Shown one piece after another: positions 29,284 through 37,651 of a stretch of DNA of 64,000 bases. The notes under the pieces were generated by a model. That model was not told the origin of the DNA. It was given only the letters and a program-made list of their open reading frames with translations, and searched no databases. This stretch comes from Candidatus Undinarchaeales archaeon (GTDB lineage: Archaea; SpSt-1190; JASMDC01). A program made the position numbers and the translations under genes. The stretch is taken from NCBI GenBank assembly GCA_030753015.1, contig JASMDC010000006.1, positions 32,001 through 96,000 of the forward strand, written 5' to 3'. The stretch's first letter is position 1. Every line of letters starts with the position of its first letter.

Positions 29284-29913
29284 ATGTCCTGCGTTCGCAC
29301 GCTCCTCACCATCTTCCTGCTCGTCGTTCTGGTCACAGCACAGGGAGTGGACGACTGTGCCCTGATCACTCCCGGACTGGAGCAGGAACACTGCTACCGT
29401 ATAAGGGCTCCGCCAGAGGGGCGAGTGGACATGTGTCTCACCCTTATTGACGATGTGTGGTTGGACGAGTGCCTGGCCGAGGTAGCTCCCGTGCTCGCGA
29501 GGACCAACATTCAGACAGCCACGGGCACCTGCCGGCTCATCAACGACACCTCATGGCGGCAGTGGTGCCATATCGACACGGCCGCTGTCGTGGCCGGGCG
29601 GGACACGGGCAAGGCATGGGGTCTGTGCTCATCTCTTCCATACATGTTCCCTTGGGGAATGTGCGTCGTCGTCGTGCTCGCGCCCCATGGGACCGTAATC
29701 GCCATCCTCATCACCCTCCTGGTGGTCGCGGTCGTGGCACTGCGCTGGCGCCGCCGCGGTGCGGGGGGGGATGACGAGTATGAGGACGGGTCCACGGATG
29801 AGGCACGCGAGTACGTGGAAGAATGCCGTGCTAAAGGACACACCGACGAGGAGATAGAAAGCACCATGAAGGAGTTCGGGTACACTCGTGAGGAGATCGA
29901 ACGGGTGCTCTGA
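29284..29913 (+). CDS. Hypothetical membrane protein with Cys-pair helical repeats and a small cytoplasmic helical domain
   Basis: Signal peptide, C..I.D..W...C repeats, TM, and C-terminal YVEECRAKGHTDEEI....EFGY..EEI. Confidence 0.7.
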   Translation: MSCVRTLLTIFLLVVLVTAQGVDDCALITPGLEQEHCYRIRAPPEGRVDMCLTLIDDVWLDECLAEVAPVLARTNIQTATGTCRLINDTSWRQWCHIDTAAVVAGRDTGKAWGLCSSLPYMFPWGMCVVVVLAPHGTVIAILITLLVVAVVALRWRRRGAGGDDEYEDGSTDEAREYVEECRAKGHTDEEIESTMKEFGYTREEIERVL

Positions 29914-29952
29914 GGGTTCCTTTTATAAGGTTTTGACCGGAGTGAGACCTCC

Positions 29953-32118
29953 ATGGTCCCGGATCACCGGCTGTTTACTGTGATGGCCTTGGTGTGCATG
30001 CTCGCCCTGACGACCGCCATTGAGGTTACACCCGACGACTTTCTGCTGGAGGGTGCACGCGAGTGCGGACCCAAGACCACATGGAAGTGCCAGACCGGTG
30101 AATCGATGGGCAGCTTGATCTTCGCCTACGCTCTTCGCTACAAGGAGACGGGTGAAGAGGCATACCTCACCGCCTTGCAGGAACTGCATGCGATGGGAAC
30201 GTCGGACTGCGGACAGCACACCGGTTGGAACTGCGGTGCCGCCTGGCCTCAGACGTGGATGATGCTGGGATACGCGGCGGCCTACGAGGCCACAAACCTC
30301 ACCGAGTTCAAGGAGGGTCTGGAGGGTCTGGCCGATTCCGGCTCCATCGACTGCGGTGGTAAGTTCGGTGGTCGATGTCGCGACGGCAAGATGCAGGGCT
30401 TTACGATTCTTGCCTACACGACAGCCTACAAGGTCCTTGGCCGTGAGCAGGACCTCGCGATGGCCCGGGACCTCGGTGACAAGGGCTCGCTCGAGTGCGG
30501 CCCCCGAGCTGGCTGGCAATGCAAGTACGGCTACTCACAGGGACCCTACATGCTGGGCTACGCACGTCTGTACGAGCTCACCGGTGAGGCGAGCTACCTG
30601 GAGGCCCTGGAGGGGATGTTCCGCAAGGGCGCGTCCGAGTGCGGGCCGACCACGGGCTGGCGGTGCAACGATGCCGCCTCGGCAGCCTGGCTCACATATG
30701 GTTACGTTCACGTGGTTGAACACCTGCACAACGAGACCCTCTTGACCATGGTGGACGAGCTGGTCCGCACCGGTTCGCGGGACTGTGGTCCCGACACTGG
30801 ATGGAAGTGCGGGCTCGGCCAGAACCAGGCCATTTTCATCCAGGCATACATCAAGGCTGGCGAGCGCGAGCGCGAGTTCCTTGGATATGCTGACCAGATG
30901 CGTGCGAAGGGCTCGTGGGACTGTGGTCCTGAGACAGGGACGCGGTGCGAGTTCGGTATAGATTGTGCTCTCATGAGCATCTCGTACGGGAACGCCACGA
31001 TCTTCGATGAGCTCTACACGTGCGAACCCGGTCGCGTGCTCTGTAATGAACAATGCGTAGAAGGTCTTCACATCCTCGGCGAGGGCGAATCCTGTGTGTG
31101 CAACGAGCAGTGTGACCACCTCGTATGCGTGGAGGGCACATGCTGTCCGGGCGACCGGTTCTGGTGCGCCGAGGCCGCAGCATGCGTGCTCCCCGCCCAG
31201 CCTGACGGCGCCTCTTGTTCCTGCGAGCGTCAGTGCGCAAGCGGTCTGTGCGTAGGCACCTGCGTCCAGCCGGCCACCGTTCAACGGGGCGAGGAGTGCA
31301 CTGTGGACGATGAGTGTGTTGATGGGCTCAAGTGCGTCGGTGGTACTTGCTACATCCCCGGTACATTGAAGACCAGCGATGAGTGCTTGGCGCATGCCGA
31401 GTGCCCTGGCATATGTGCCGATGGCCACTGCTGCGGTAAGGGGCAGACGTGGTGTGCTGATGAGGTTGCCTGTTATGACACCTGTCCGACGCCCACACCC
31501 CCACCTCCCACACCAACACCCGTCGAGCCCATCGAGGCCACGCCCGAGCCCACTCCTGAAGCGCCTACAAGCACACCGACCACGACGGACGCTGACGACA
31601 CGAAGCTCCCCACACAGACACCTGCCCCCTCTGCTGAACCCGAACCCCCGACCGACCAGGGGGATTCGTCGGTGGTGCTCCTTGGGATCCTTGCCCTTAT
31701 CCTTATCATCACCTACACCCAGCTCTCTGGTGGCCCCGAACGGCGCGCAGAGGAGGCGCCCGGCTCAGAGGTCGTGGTCGTCGCTCCCTCCGAGACGTTC
31801 GAACCCAAGGTCAAGATTAAGACCATGGGGGAATCGGCCGAAGAAGAATCGGAAGCGCTCCCGTCAGAGGAGAAAGAGGCACCCGAGATCGAACCTGAGA
31901 AGGTGTTTGAGAAGGAGACCAAGCCCCTACCGACACCTTCCGTCAAGGAGGAAGCGCCTGCCGCAAAGAAGAAGGCCCCCCAAAAGAAACCCACCAAGAA
32001 GAAGGCGGTAGCAAAGAAGGCGGCGCCCAAGAAGAAGGCCTCCACCAAGAAAACCGCTACGAAGAAAGCGGTCTCTAAGAAGAAGGCTTCGAAGAAGAGG
32101 ACCTCGAAGAAGAAGTAG
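29953..32118 (+). CDS. Large Cys-repeat surface protein with TM anchor and Lys/Ala-rich cytoplasmic tail
   Basis: Signal peptide, seven G..[DE]CG....[WGT].C repeats, Cys-rich region, PT linker, TM, acidic region, KKA/KKT tail. TTTTATAA box about 25-30 nt upstream. Confidence 0.85.
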   Translation: MVPDHRLFTVMALVCMLALTTAIEVTPDDFLLEGARECGPKTTWKCQTGESMGSLIFAYALRYKETGEEAYLTALQELHAMGTSDCGQHTGWNCGAAWPQTWMMLGYAAAYEATNLTEFKEGLEGLADSGSIDCGGKFGGRCRDGKMQGFTILAYTTAYKVLGREQDLAMARDLGDKGSLECGPRAGWQCKYGYSQGPYMLGYARLYELTGEASYLEALEGMFRKGASECGPTTGWRCNDAASAAWLTYGYVHVVEHLHNETLLTMVDELVRTGSRDCGPDTGWKCGLGQNQAIFIQAYIKAGEREREFLGYADQMRAKGSWDCGPETGTRCEFGIDCALMSISYGNATIFDELYTCEPGRVLCNEQCVEGLHILGEGESCVCNEQCDHLVCVEGTCCPGDRFWCAEAAACVLPAQPDGASCSCERQCASGLCVGTCVQPATVQRGEECTVDDECVDGLKCVGGTCYIPGTLKTSDECLAHAECPGICADGHCCGKGQTWCADEVACYDTCPTPTPPPPTPTPVEPIEATPEPTPEAPTSTPTTTDADDTKLPTQTPAPSAEPEPPTDQGDSSVVLLGILALILIITYTQLSGGPERRAEEAPGSEVVVVAPSETFEPKVKIKTMGESAEEESEALPSEEKEAPEIEPEKVFEKETKPLPTPSVKEEAPAAKKKAPQKKPTKKKAVAKKAAPKKKASTKKTATKKAVSKKKASKKRTSKKK

Positions 32119-32167
32119 CTTCTTGTGGAGTGTTACGGTCAGGCCGTCCGATCCTTTTATTGGAACA

Positions 32168-32422
32168 TCACTCGGACGCTTTCTTTTTCTTCTCGATCAT
32201 CTTCATCATCTCTTCGTAGATCTCGTCCCCAACGCACTCCTTGGCGTACTTGCACCATTCGACACAGGACATAGAATCATTGTACACGGTGAATCCGCAC
32301 TCCATGCAGTCCATCTTGGCGTCCGTAGTGAACAGTTCTATTTCCTCGCCACACTCAGGGCAGGTCTTTAAGATGATGGATGGGCGTCGTAGCTTCTCTG
32401 CTCCAGGGCATTTGTCCAACAT
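32168..32422 (-). CDS. Small Cys-rich (Zn-ribbon / Fe-S) protein
   Basis: CPG...CPECG.EIE.F.......C..CG......SCVEWCKYAKECVG. GGAGTGA SD before ATG 32422. Confidence 0.8.
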   Translation of the reverse strand: MLDKCPGAEKLRRPSIILKTCPECGEEIELFTTDAKMDCMECGFTVYNDSMSCVEWCKYAKECVGDEIYEEMMKMIEKKKKASE

Positions 32423-32543
32423 GACTATCACTCCTTCGTGCACAGACCGTGTAAATAACATAAAACTTACATGGTTGTACAGCAAATATAACAATAGTTA
32501 TATCCCGTTGTTCAAATACTTGCCCTTTGTGTTTCTTCCGACC

Positions 32544-33473
32544 TCACGACTGGGAGAAGACCTCTCGTAGCACTTCGAGGTTGAGCCGACCGGCGCTGTA
32601 AACCTTTCCTGCAGCAAGGTCGTTGACCGTGACCTTGGCAGGGGCGAAGATGTCGTGATCCATCTTGTAGAAGTCCTTCCCCGCCTCCTTGAACAACTGC
32701 TCGAACCGCTTACCATAGCTCTTGGAGCCCGTGGAAACGACCTTGTCGGTGAGCTCCTGGCTGAAGCCGTCGATGAAGTACAGGTTGTCGCCCCCGTAGA
32801 TGAGGGAGTCGTTCGTGGCCCCCATGGCAGCAAGCCCCTTGTACACGGGTGCTAGCGGGGATACGCCGAAGGCCGAGACGACCTTCCGCACGTCGAACTT
32901 GAGCACGTCGAGCATCCGGAACGTGCCCATCTCGAGCGTCCGGCTCGCCAGCTGGACCGATGAGGTTATGCTGTCTGTCCGCGCCACGAGCATGTGGACA
33001 TCTCGTGGTTTGATACCACACTCCTCGGCGACCGTCCCCGCCACATCGTCACTCGGGAGCGAACTTGCTTCCAGGCAGAGCACAGCCACATCGTCGTCCT
33101 CGCGCTGACGGTCGATGACCTCGTACACGTCCTTGGGCTTGAGGGCCAGTGCCCTGGCCGGGCCCGAGCCCATACCGAAGAACTTACCCGCGACCACCTG
33201 CCATCCTGCCATCTGCGAGGCTATGGTGGCCGTCGTCGGGTGGTCGGTGCGAACCTCGACCACGGGGTACGTCAGGTCCTCCTCGTGTCTGGTTGACAGC
33301 TGAACCTCGGCGAGCCCCCCCATGGTGACCTTGGCGAACAGTAGCCCCGCCTGAACGCTCCCTTTCCATGTCACACCACAGTCGATTACCGTGGCGCCGC
33401 ATTCAAGTGTCTGGGTAGGGCACCTCTCCTTCAACTGCTCGACGAGCCCGAGGACGCTTTCGTTGAGTCCCAT
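32544..33473 (-). CDS. mch: Methenyl-tetrahydromethanopterin cyclohydrolase
   Basis: VIDCGV, MGGL, SQ.AGW, MGSGPARAL, LE....P, Q..SR..E, MG.TND..YGG, DFYKMD..IFAPA and N....G. Confidence 0.93.
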   Translation of the reverse strand: MGLNESVLGLVEQLKERCPTQTLECGATVIDCGVTWKGSVQAGLLFAKVTMGGLAEVQLSTRHEEDLTYPVVEVRTDHPTTATIASQMAGWQVVAGKFFGMGSGPARALALKPKDVYEVIDRQREDDDVAVLCLEASSLPSDDVAGTVAEECGIKPRDVHMLVARTDSITSSVQLASRTLEMGTFRMLDVLKFDVRKVVSAFGVSPLAPVYKGLAAMGATNDSLIYGGDNLYFIDGFSQELTDKVVSTGSKSYGKRFEQLFKEAGKDFYKMDHDIFAPAKVTVNDLAAGKVYSAGRLNLEVLREVFSQS

Positions 33474-33494
33474 TATGTGAACCTCCCTGGTCCG

Positions 33495-34304
33495 TCATCC
33501 AGTCCGAACGAACACCTCGCCCTTTCCTTTACCGGAGATATCTCCTTCGTACCTGGCGAAGAGAGCTCCGATTTGCTCCTCTGCGAGCGGTAATCCGTTG
33601 CCTTTCAGCTGCTGCAGGAGCTCCCCGACGTGAGAGGGGCGATCGGTCCCTTGGGGGATGAACGTGGGGAGTAGCTGCGGGGGGGTGAGGGCGATGATGG
33701 TGCCCCCATCCATAGCGGCACCGGCCCGCCCGCCAAGAGCACCGAGGCACACGATGGTGCCACCGGTCATGAGCGTCCCAGCGAAGGTCCCCAAGCTACC
33801 TGCGACGGCGATCGTACCGCCGCACATCAGCTCCCCGACCTCATCGCCTGCGTTTCCTTCGATGATGATACTGCCGCCCGCCATACCGGTCTTCGAGCCC
33901 CGGTAGCCGGCCCCGGCGAGGTTGCCAGTGTTGCCCTTGACATGAATGAGGCCGTCCTTCATCTCGGCGCCGAGCCAGTCCCCGACATCTCCGTGGACGA
34001 CGATTCTACCGCCGTCCATCTCTGTGCCGAGGTGCATCCCGGCGTTCCCGTGGATGGTGATGAGGCCGGTGGTCATCCGTGCTCCGATGTGCTTGACCGC
34101 GCTGACATCGCCCTCGATGACGATCTCGTCCTCCTCGCCTGATGGATCGATCTCGAACAGCTGGCTCAGCGGCTTCCGCTTGTTCCCCCACAGCACCTCG
34201 AGCTTTCCCAGCTCCTTCGCGGGCCGGGCGGCGAAGACATCGGGTGATATGCATTCTGCCTCGACTGGTATCGTGAACGCGACCTTTGGTCTGAGAACGA
34301 CCAT
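33495..34304 (-). CDS. fwdC: Formylmethanofuran dehydrogenase subunit C (set 1)
   Basis: PVEAECISPD, GN....L..LF, Gly-rich G..M.GG.I.V.G repeats, YRG...GM.GG and GD....GKGE. Confidence 0.93.
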   Translation of the reverse strand: MVVLRPKVAFTIPVEAECISPDVFAARPAKELGKLEVLWGNKRKPLSQLFEIDPSGEEDEIVIEGDVSAVKHIGARMTTGLITIHGNAGMHLGTEMDGGRIVVHGDVGDWLGAEMKDGLIHVKGNTGNLAGAGYRGSKTGMAGGSIIIEGNAGDEVGELMCGGTIAVAGSLGTFAGTLMTGGTIVCLGALGGRAGAAMDGGTIIALTPPQLLPTFIPQGTDRPSHVGELLQQLKGNGLPLAEEQIGALFARYEGDISGKGKGEVFVRTG

Positions 34305-35924
34305 CTAGATCCCTCCGCACCGTACGGCTTCCCCACGCGGCAGGTACTCGGCCTGCACGGGGTAGTTTTCCAATGTCATCGTGTAGTACTTCGCGAACAC
34401 CTGACGGTCCTCGTCGGTGAGCTCTCCACCGGCGTCTATCCAGTAGGTCTTGCCCTCGGGTGTGGCGACCACCTCCCCGTTCTTCACGACGATCCTTCCG
34501 TCCTTGATCGTGTAGACCGTGCGTTTGAACGATCCCTCTATGTCGTCCTCCGAGAAACGGTAGATGGCCAGGTCGGCGTCGGCCCCGATACCGAGATGCC
34601 CCTTTCCCTTGAGCCCGAGCGTCTTGGCAGTGGCCGCTCGCGTGATCACAGCGATCTCATAGAGCGAGTACTCCCTATCGAGGCTCGCCAGTATCGCCCG
34701 AGCAGCCGCGGCCTTGTGGATCGTGCCAAGGGTGGTCTCTCGCTCCTTCTTGCTCATCAACCAAGAGATGATCTTCGGGTAGTGGTAGAATGGACCACCG
34801 TTGGGGTGGTCGGTTGTGAGGCTGACCTTCCACGGATCCGTGATCATGAGCGCGACCTCGAGCCCGATGGCCCATTGCACAGCGTTGACCGGGTTCCTCT
34901 CCAGGTACCGGTACGGGACGATGCCGGCCCCGGTCTCCATCTCTACGTCCGCGTTGATCCACTTGTTCCCTGTCAGCCGGTACAGGTGGTGCTGTGCGGG
35001 ACCGTCGGCGGTCATGGTGGTGGTCTCGTCGAACAGGACCTGTCCCATGTCACACGTCACGTGGTCACACCGGTTGATCAACTTCGCGATCTCGGCCATT
35101 CCGGAACCGAAGTCCTTCCATCCCTCGCCGGTGTATGCCTGGAACTGCAGGTGTGTGAGGTGGATCCTGTCCTTGACCGCGTTGATCGTCTCGATGGTGG
35201 TCTCGTAGTTACCGGGCATCCCCAGATTGTTGGCGTGCACGTGGATGGGGTGAGGAAGCCCCATCTCATCGTTCGCCCTGGCGAGGCCCGCAAGCACCTC
35301 CCGCGGTGTGACGTCGTAGTTGTCCACGGGATCGTCGAGGCTTTCCACGTCACGGCCCCACTTCCAGTTCTCCACGCCACCGGGATTCACAAGTTTCACC
35401 GCGTACCCCTTCGATGCACCCAGGAACCAGGCAATGGTGTTCTTGAGGTTCTCCCGATCCCCCTCCTTGATATAATGCATGACGAAGTGGTTATTTCCCA
35501 AGAGGGTGTAGGCGGCCTTGTCCAGGATGGGCGTGTCGTTCAGCTCCTCGTGCGTATGCCGGGCTGATAGCGGAGTGATCGCGGGCTCCATCACCGTCGT
35601 GTACCCCATGGTCGCGTAACGGTACCCCGTCACGTAGGTCGTCGGGATCGAGTACCCGGTCCCCGCGCGCGTGACCGCGGTCTTCGGTACCGGGTCCTTG
35701 CGATGGTCCTCCGGTCTGAACAACCGGCCAAGGTTCACCTTCCCTCCAGAGATGTGGGTGTGGATGTCAAGGCCGCCTGGAAAGACGATGAGACCCGTGG
35801 CATCGATGACTTTTCCCTTCGCCTCCTCGACGATCTTTCCGTCCTTGATGAAGATGTCCATCTTCTCCCCGTCGATCCCGTTCGCGGGATCGTACACGGT
35901 GCCGTTCTCTATGACCAGGCTCAT
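34305..35924 (-). CDS. fwdA: Formylmethanofuran dehydrogenase subunit A (set 1)
   Basis: DIHTHISGGKVNLGR, K.VNPGG, H.H.NNLG.PGNY, HLTHLQF, TTMTADGP and TDHPNGGPF. Confidence 0.96.
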   Translation of the reverse strand: MSLVIENGTVYDPANGIDGEKMDIFIKDGKIVEEAKGKVIDATGLIVFPGGLDIHTHISGGKVNLGRLFRPEDHRKDPVPKTAVTRAGTGYSIPTTYVTGYRYATMGYTTVMEPAITPLSARHTHEELNDTPILDKAAYTLLGNNHFVMHYIKEGDRENLKNTIAWFLGASKGYAVKLVNPGGVENWKWGRDVESLDDPVDNYDVTPREVLAGLARANDEMGLPHPIHVHANNLGMPGNYETTIETINAVKDRIHLTHLQFQAYTGEGWKDFGSGMAEIAKLINRCDHVTCDMGQVLFDETTTMTADGPAQHHLYRLTGNKWINADVEMETGAGIVPYRYLERNPVNAVQWAIGLEVALMITDPWKVSLTTDHPNGGPFYHYPKIISWLMSKKERETTLGTIHKAAAARAILASLDREYSLYEIAVITRAATAKTLGLKGKGHLGIGADADLAIYRFSEDDIEGSFKRTVYTIKDGRIVVKNGEVVATPEGKTYWIDAGGELTDEDRQVFAKYYTMTLENYPVQAEYLPRGEAVRCGGI

Positions 35925-37651
35925 GATCTCACCCTCTCGATAATTTTCTCAAGAACTACCTTATCGGGCAGCTGGTCGGACTCGACCACCTTTCTAAGCC
36001 TGATAGGGATGCCGTCCATCCTGTAGGCTGTACCCTCGCACTCGATGCCGGCGATCGCTGAGGGGATCAGGACATCGGCGATGGACGAGGTGAGGTTGTG
36101 CTTCGGATCGATGATGATGGTGGGGATGTTCGCCAGATGCTCGACCGCTTCCCGTGGGAAGTGGGCGGCTGGGTCCGAGGAGATGATCAAAGCGGCATCG
36201 CACTCCTTTCGTGTCAGCATGTCGACGGCCGAGAACTCTCCCGGATTGTACACAGGGTAGCCTCGTGAGAGGTTGACAGCGAAAGGATAGCCTGTGATCC
36301 ACGTCATGACCGTGTTGATCCCCGTCACATTGTAATGGCCTCGCATAGGGAGGATGGTGAACTTCGTATGGTCGTTCAGGTCCCTGACCAGGCGTAGCGC
36401 CGCGTTGACGTTCATGTGGCGGCCCGCGGACATGGTGAGCCCCAGGCCGAAGAAGATGATCCCGAACTTGCAGCTCTTCATCCGCTCGGCCAGCTCCTTG
36501 ATGGTGCTGGCCGGGACACCGCCAACGTCACCCACGTCGTGCCCCTTGAGCGTGGCACGCAATGCGGATAGCAGCTCGTAGTCCTGGCCCTGCCTGACCT
36601 TGATGAACTGGTCCGCCAGCCGGTATGTATACTTCCATCGGGAGTCCACCTGGGAGGTCTTGGTCTCACGCACGTCCACGTGGACGATGGTGCGGTCCTT
36701 CCTTCCTTCAGTGGTGAACATGCCCTCGGGCGTTCCGGAATATCGTGTGATATGCCTGATGTGGGCCTCGGCGGGATTACATCCCCAGTAGACCACGAGG
36801 TCCGCCCGGTTCCGCACCTCACCGAGAGTGCACTTCGACACCCCGACGTCCTGAGCGGCCATCACGGTCGGTCCGTGGCACACGGAGGACGTGTTGTCGA
36901 TGGTCGCCCCGAGCAGTTCTGCGAGCTCGATGGCGCGCCGCTGGGCGTCGGACTCGGTGGAACTGAGGCCGTAGATCAGAGGGAAGTCCGCGCTTTTCAG
37001 GATCTCGGCGGCCTTGTCCAAGGCCTCATCGAGGGGAACGTCCACGAGCTTCCCCTTCTTCCTCACAGCGGGCTTCGCCCGGTCACGGTCCCAGTTGACG
37101 AATCTGCTCCTCGCGATGTCGCACCCCACCTCCATGTCCCTGACCATTCCTTTGCACATCACGAGCTCCACGTCGTCGCACAGGCAGCCGCAGAAGGGGC
37201 AGACAACGTCGGTCATGATCGACCGCTCGTCCTCGGGGGGGAGTGGAGGGGGAGGCGTCTGGTCGGGCGCTTGGGCGATCTTCTCCTTAAAAGGGAGAAG
37301 GTCGTTGAGCGTGGTCGGTCCGTCCTCGGTCTTCGAAAGCTCGATCCACACACCCTTGAACCGCGGCATACCGGTACCCCCGGTGTCCCCGCCGATGAGG
37401 GCGTTGGCCCAAGGGCCTACTGGTATGAACACGTTGCCCCGGTCGAGCTGGCCTTTACTTGCCCGGACCACCACCGAACCTGATCCCGTGGTAATCTTGA
37501 CCGGAGCGTTCTCCGTGATACCCAGGTCATCCATGTCATCCCCGTTCATGAACGCCACGGCAACCTCCTCGTAGTACTCCGACGAGGTCTTTCCGACCTC
37601 GAGGGCAATACCCTGACCGACCGTCCTGCCCGTGTTCAACATGCATCTCAT
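35921..37651 (-). CDS. fwdB: Formylmethanofuran dehydrogenase subunit D-B fusion (set 1)
   Basis: N-terminal FwdD (LNTGRT..QG, FIP.GPWAN, GTGMP.FKG), Pro linker, then FwdB (CPFCGCLCDD, SVCHGP, WGCNP, PMRGHYNV, YRMDG). Confidence 0.92.
   Translation of the reverse strand: MRCMLNTGRTVGQGIALEVGKTSSEYYEEVAVAFMNGDDMDDLGITENAPVKITTGSGSVVVRASKGQLDRGNVFIPVGPWANALIGGDTGGTGMPRFKGVWIELSKTEDGPTTLNDLLPFKEKIAQAPDQTPPPPLPPEDERSIMTDVVCPFCGCLCDDVELVMCKGMVRDMEVGCDIARSRFVNWDRDRAKPAVRKKGKLVDVPLDEALDKAAEILKSADFPLIYGLSSTESDAQRRAIELAELLGATIDNTSSVCHGPTVMAAQDVGVSKCTLGEVRNRADLVVYWGCNPAEAHIRHITRYSGTPEGMFTTEGRKDRTIVHVDVRETKTSQVDSRWKYTYRLADQFIKVRQGQDYELLSALRATLKGHDVGDVGGVPASTIKELAERMKSCKFGIIFFGLGLTMSAGRHMNVNAALRLVRDLNDHTKFTILPMRGHYNVTGINTVMTWITGYPFAVNLSRGYPVYNPGEFSAVDMLTRKECDAALIISSDPAAHFPREAVEHLANIPTIIIDPKHNLTSSIADVLIPSAIAGIECEGTAYRMDGIPIRLRKVVESDQLPDKVVLEKIIERVRS

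Noticed and set aside
30049-30950. Periodic DNA similarity resembling a CRISPR or tandem array
   Set aside because: The periodicity is degenerate and in-frame. It reflects protein repeats, not identical repeats with spacers.
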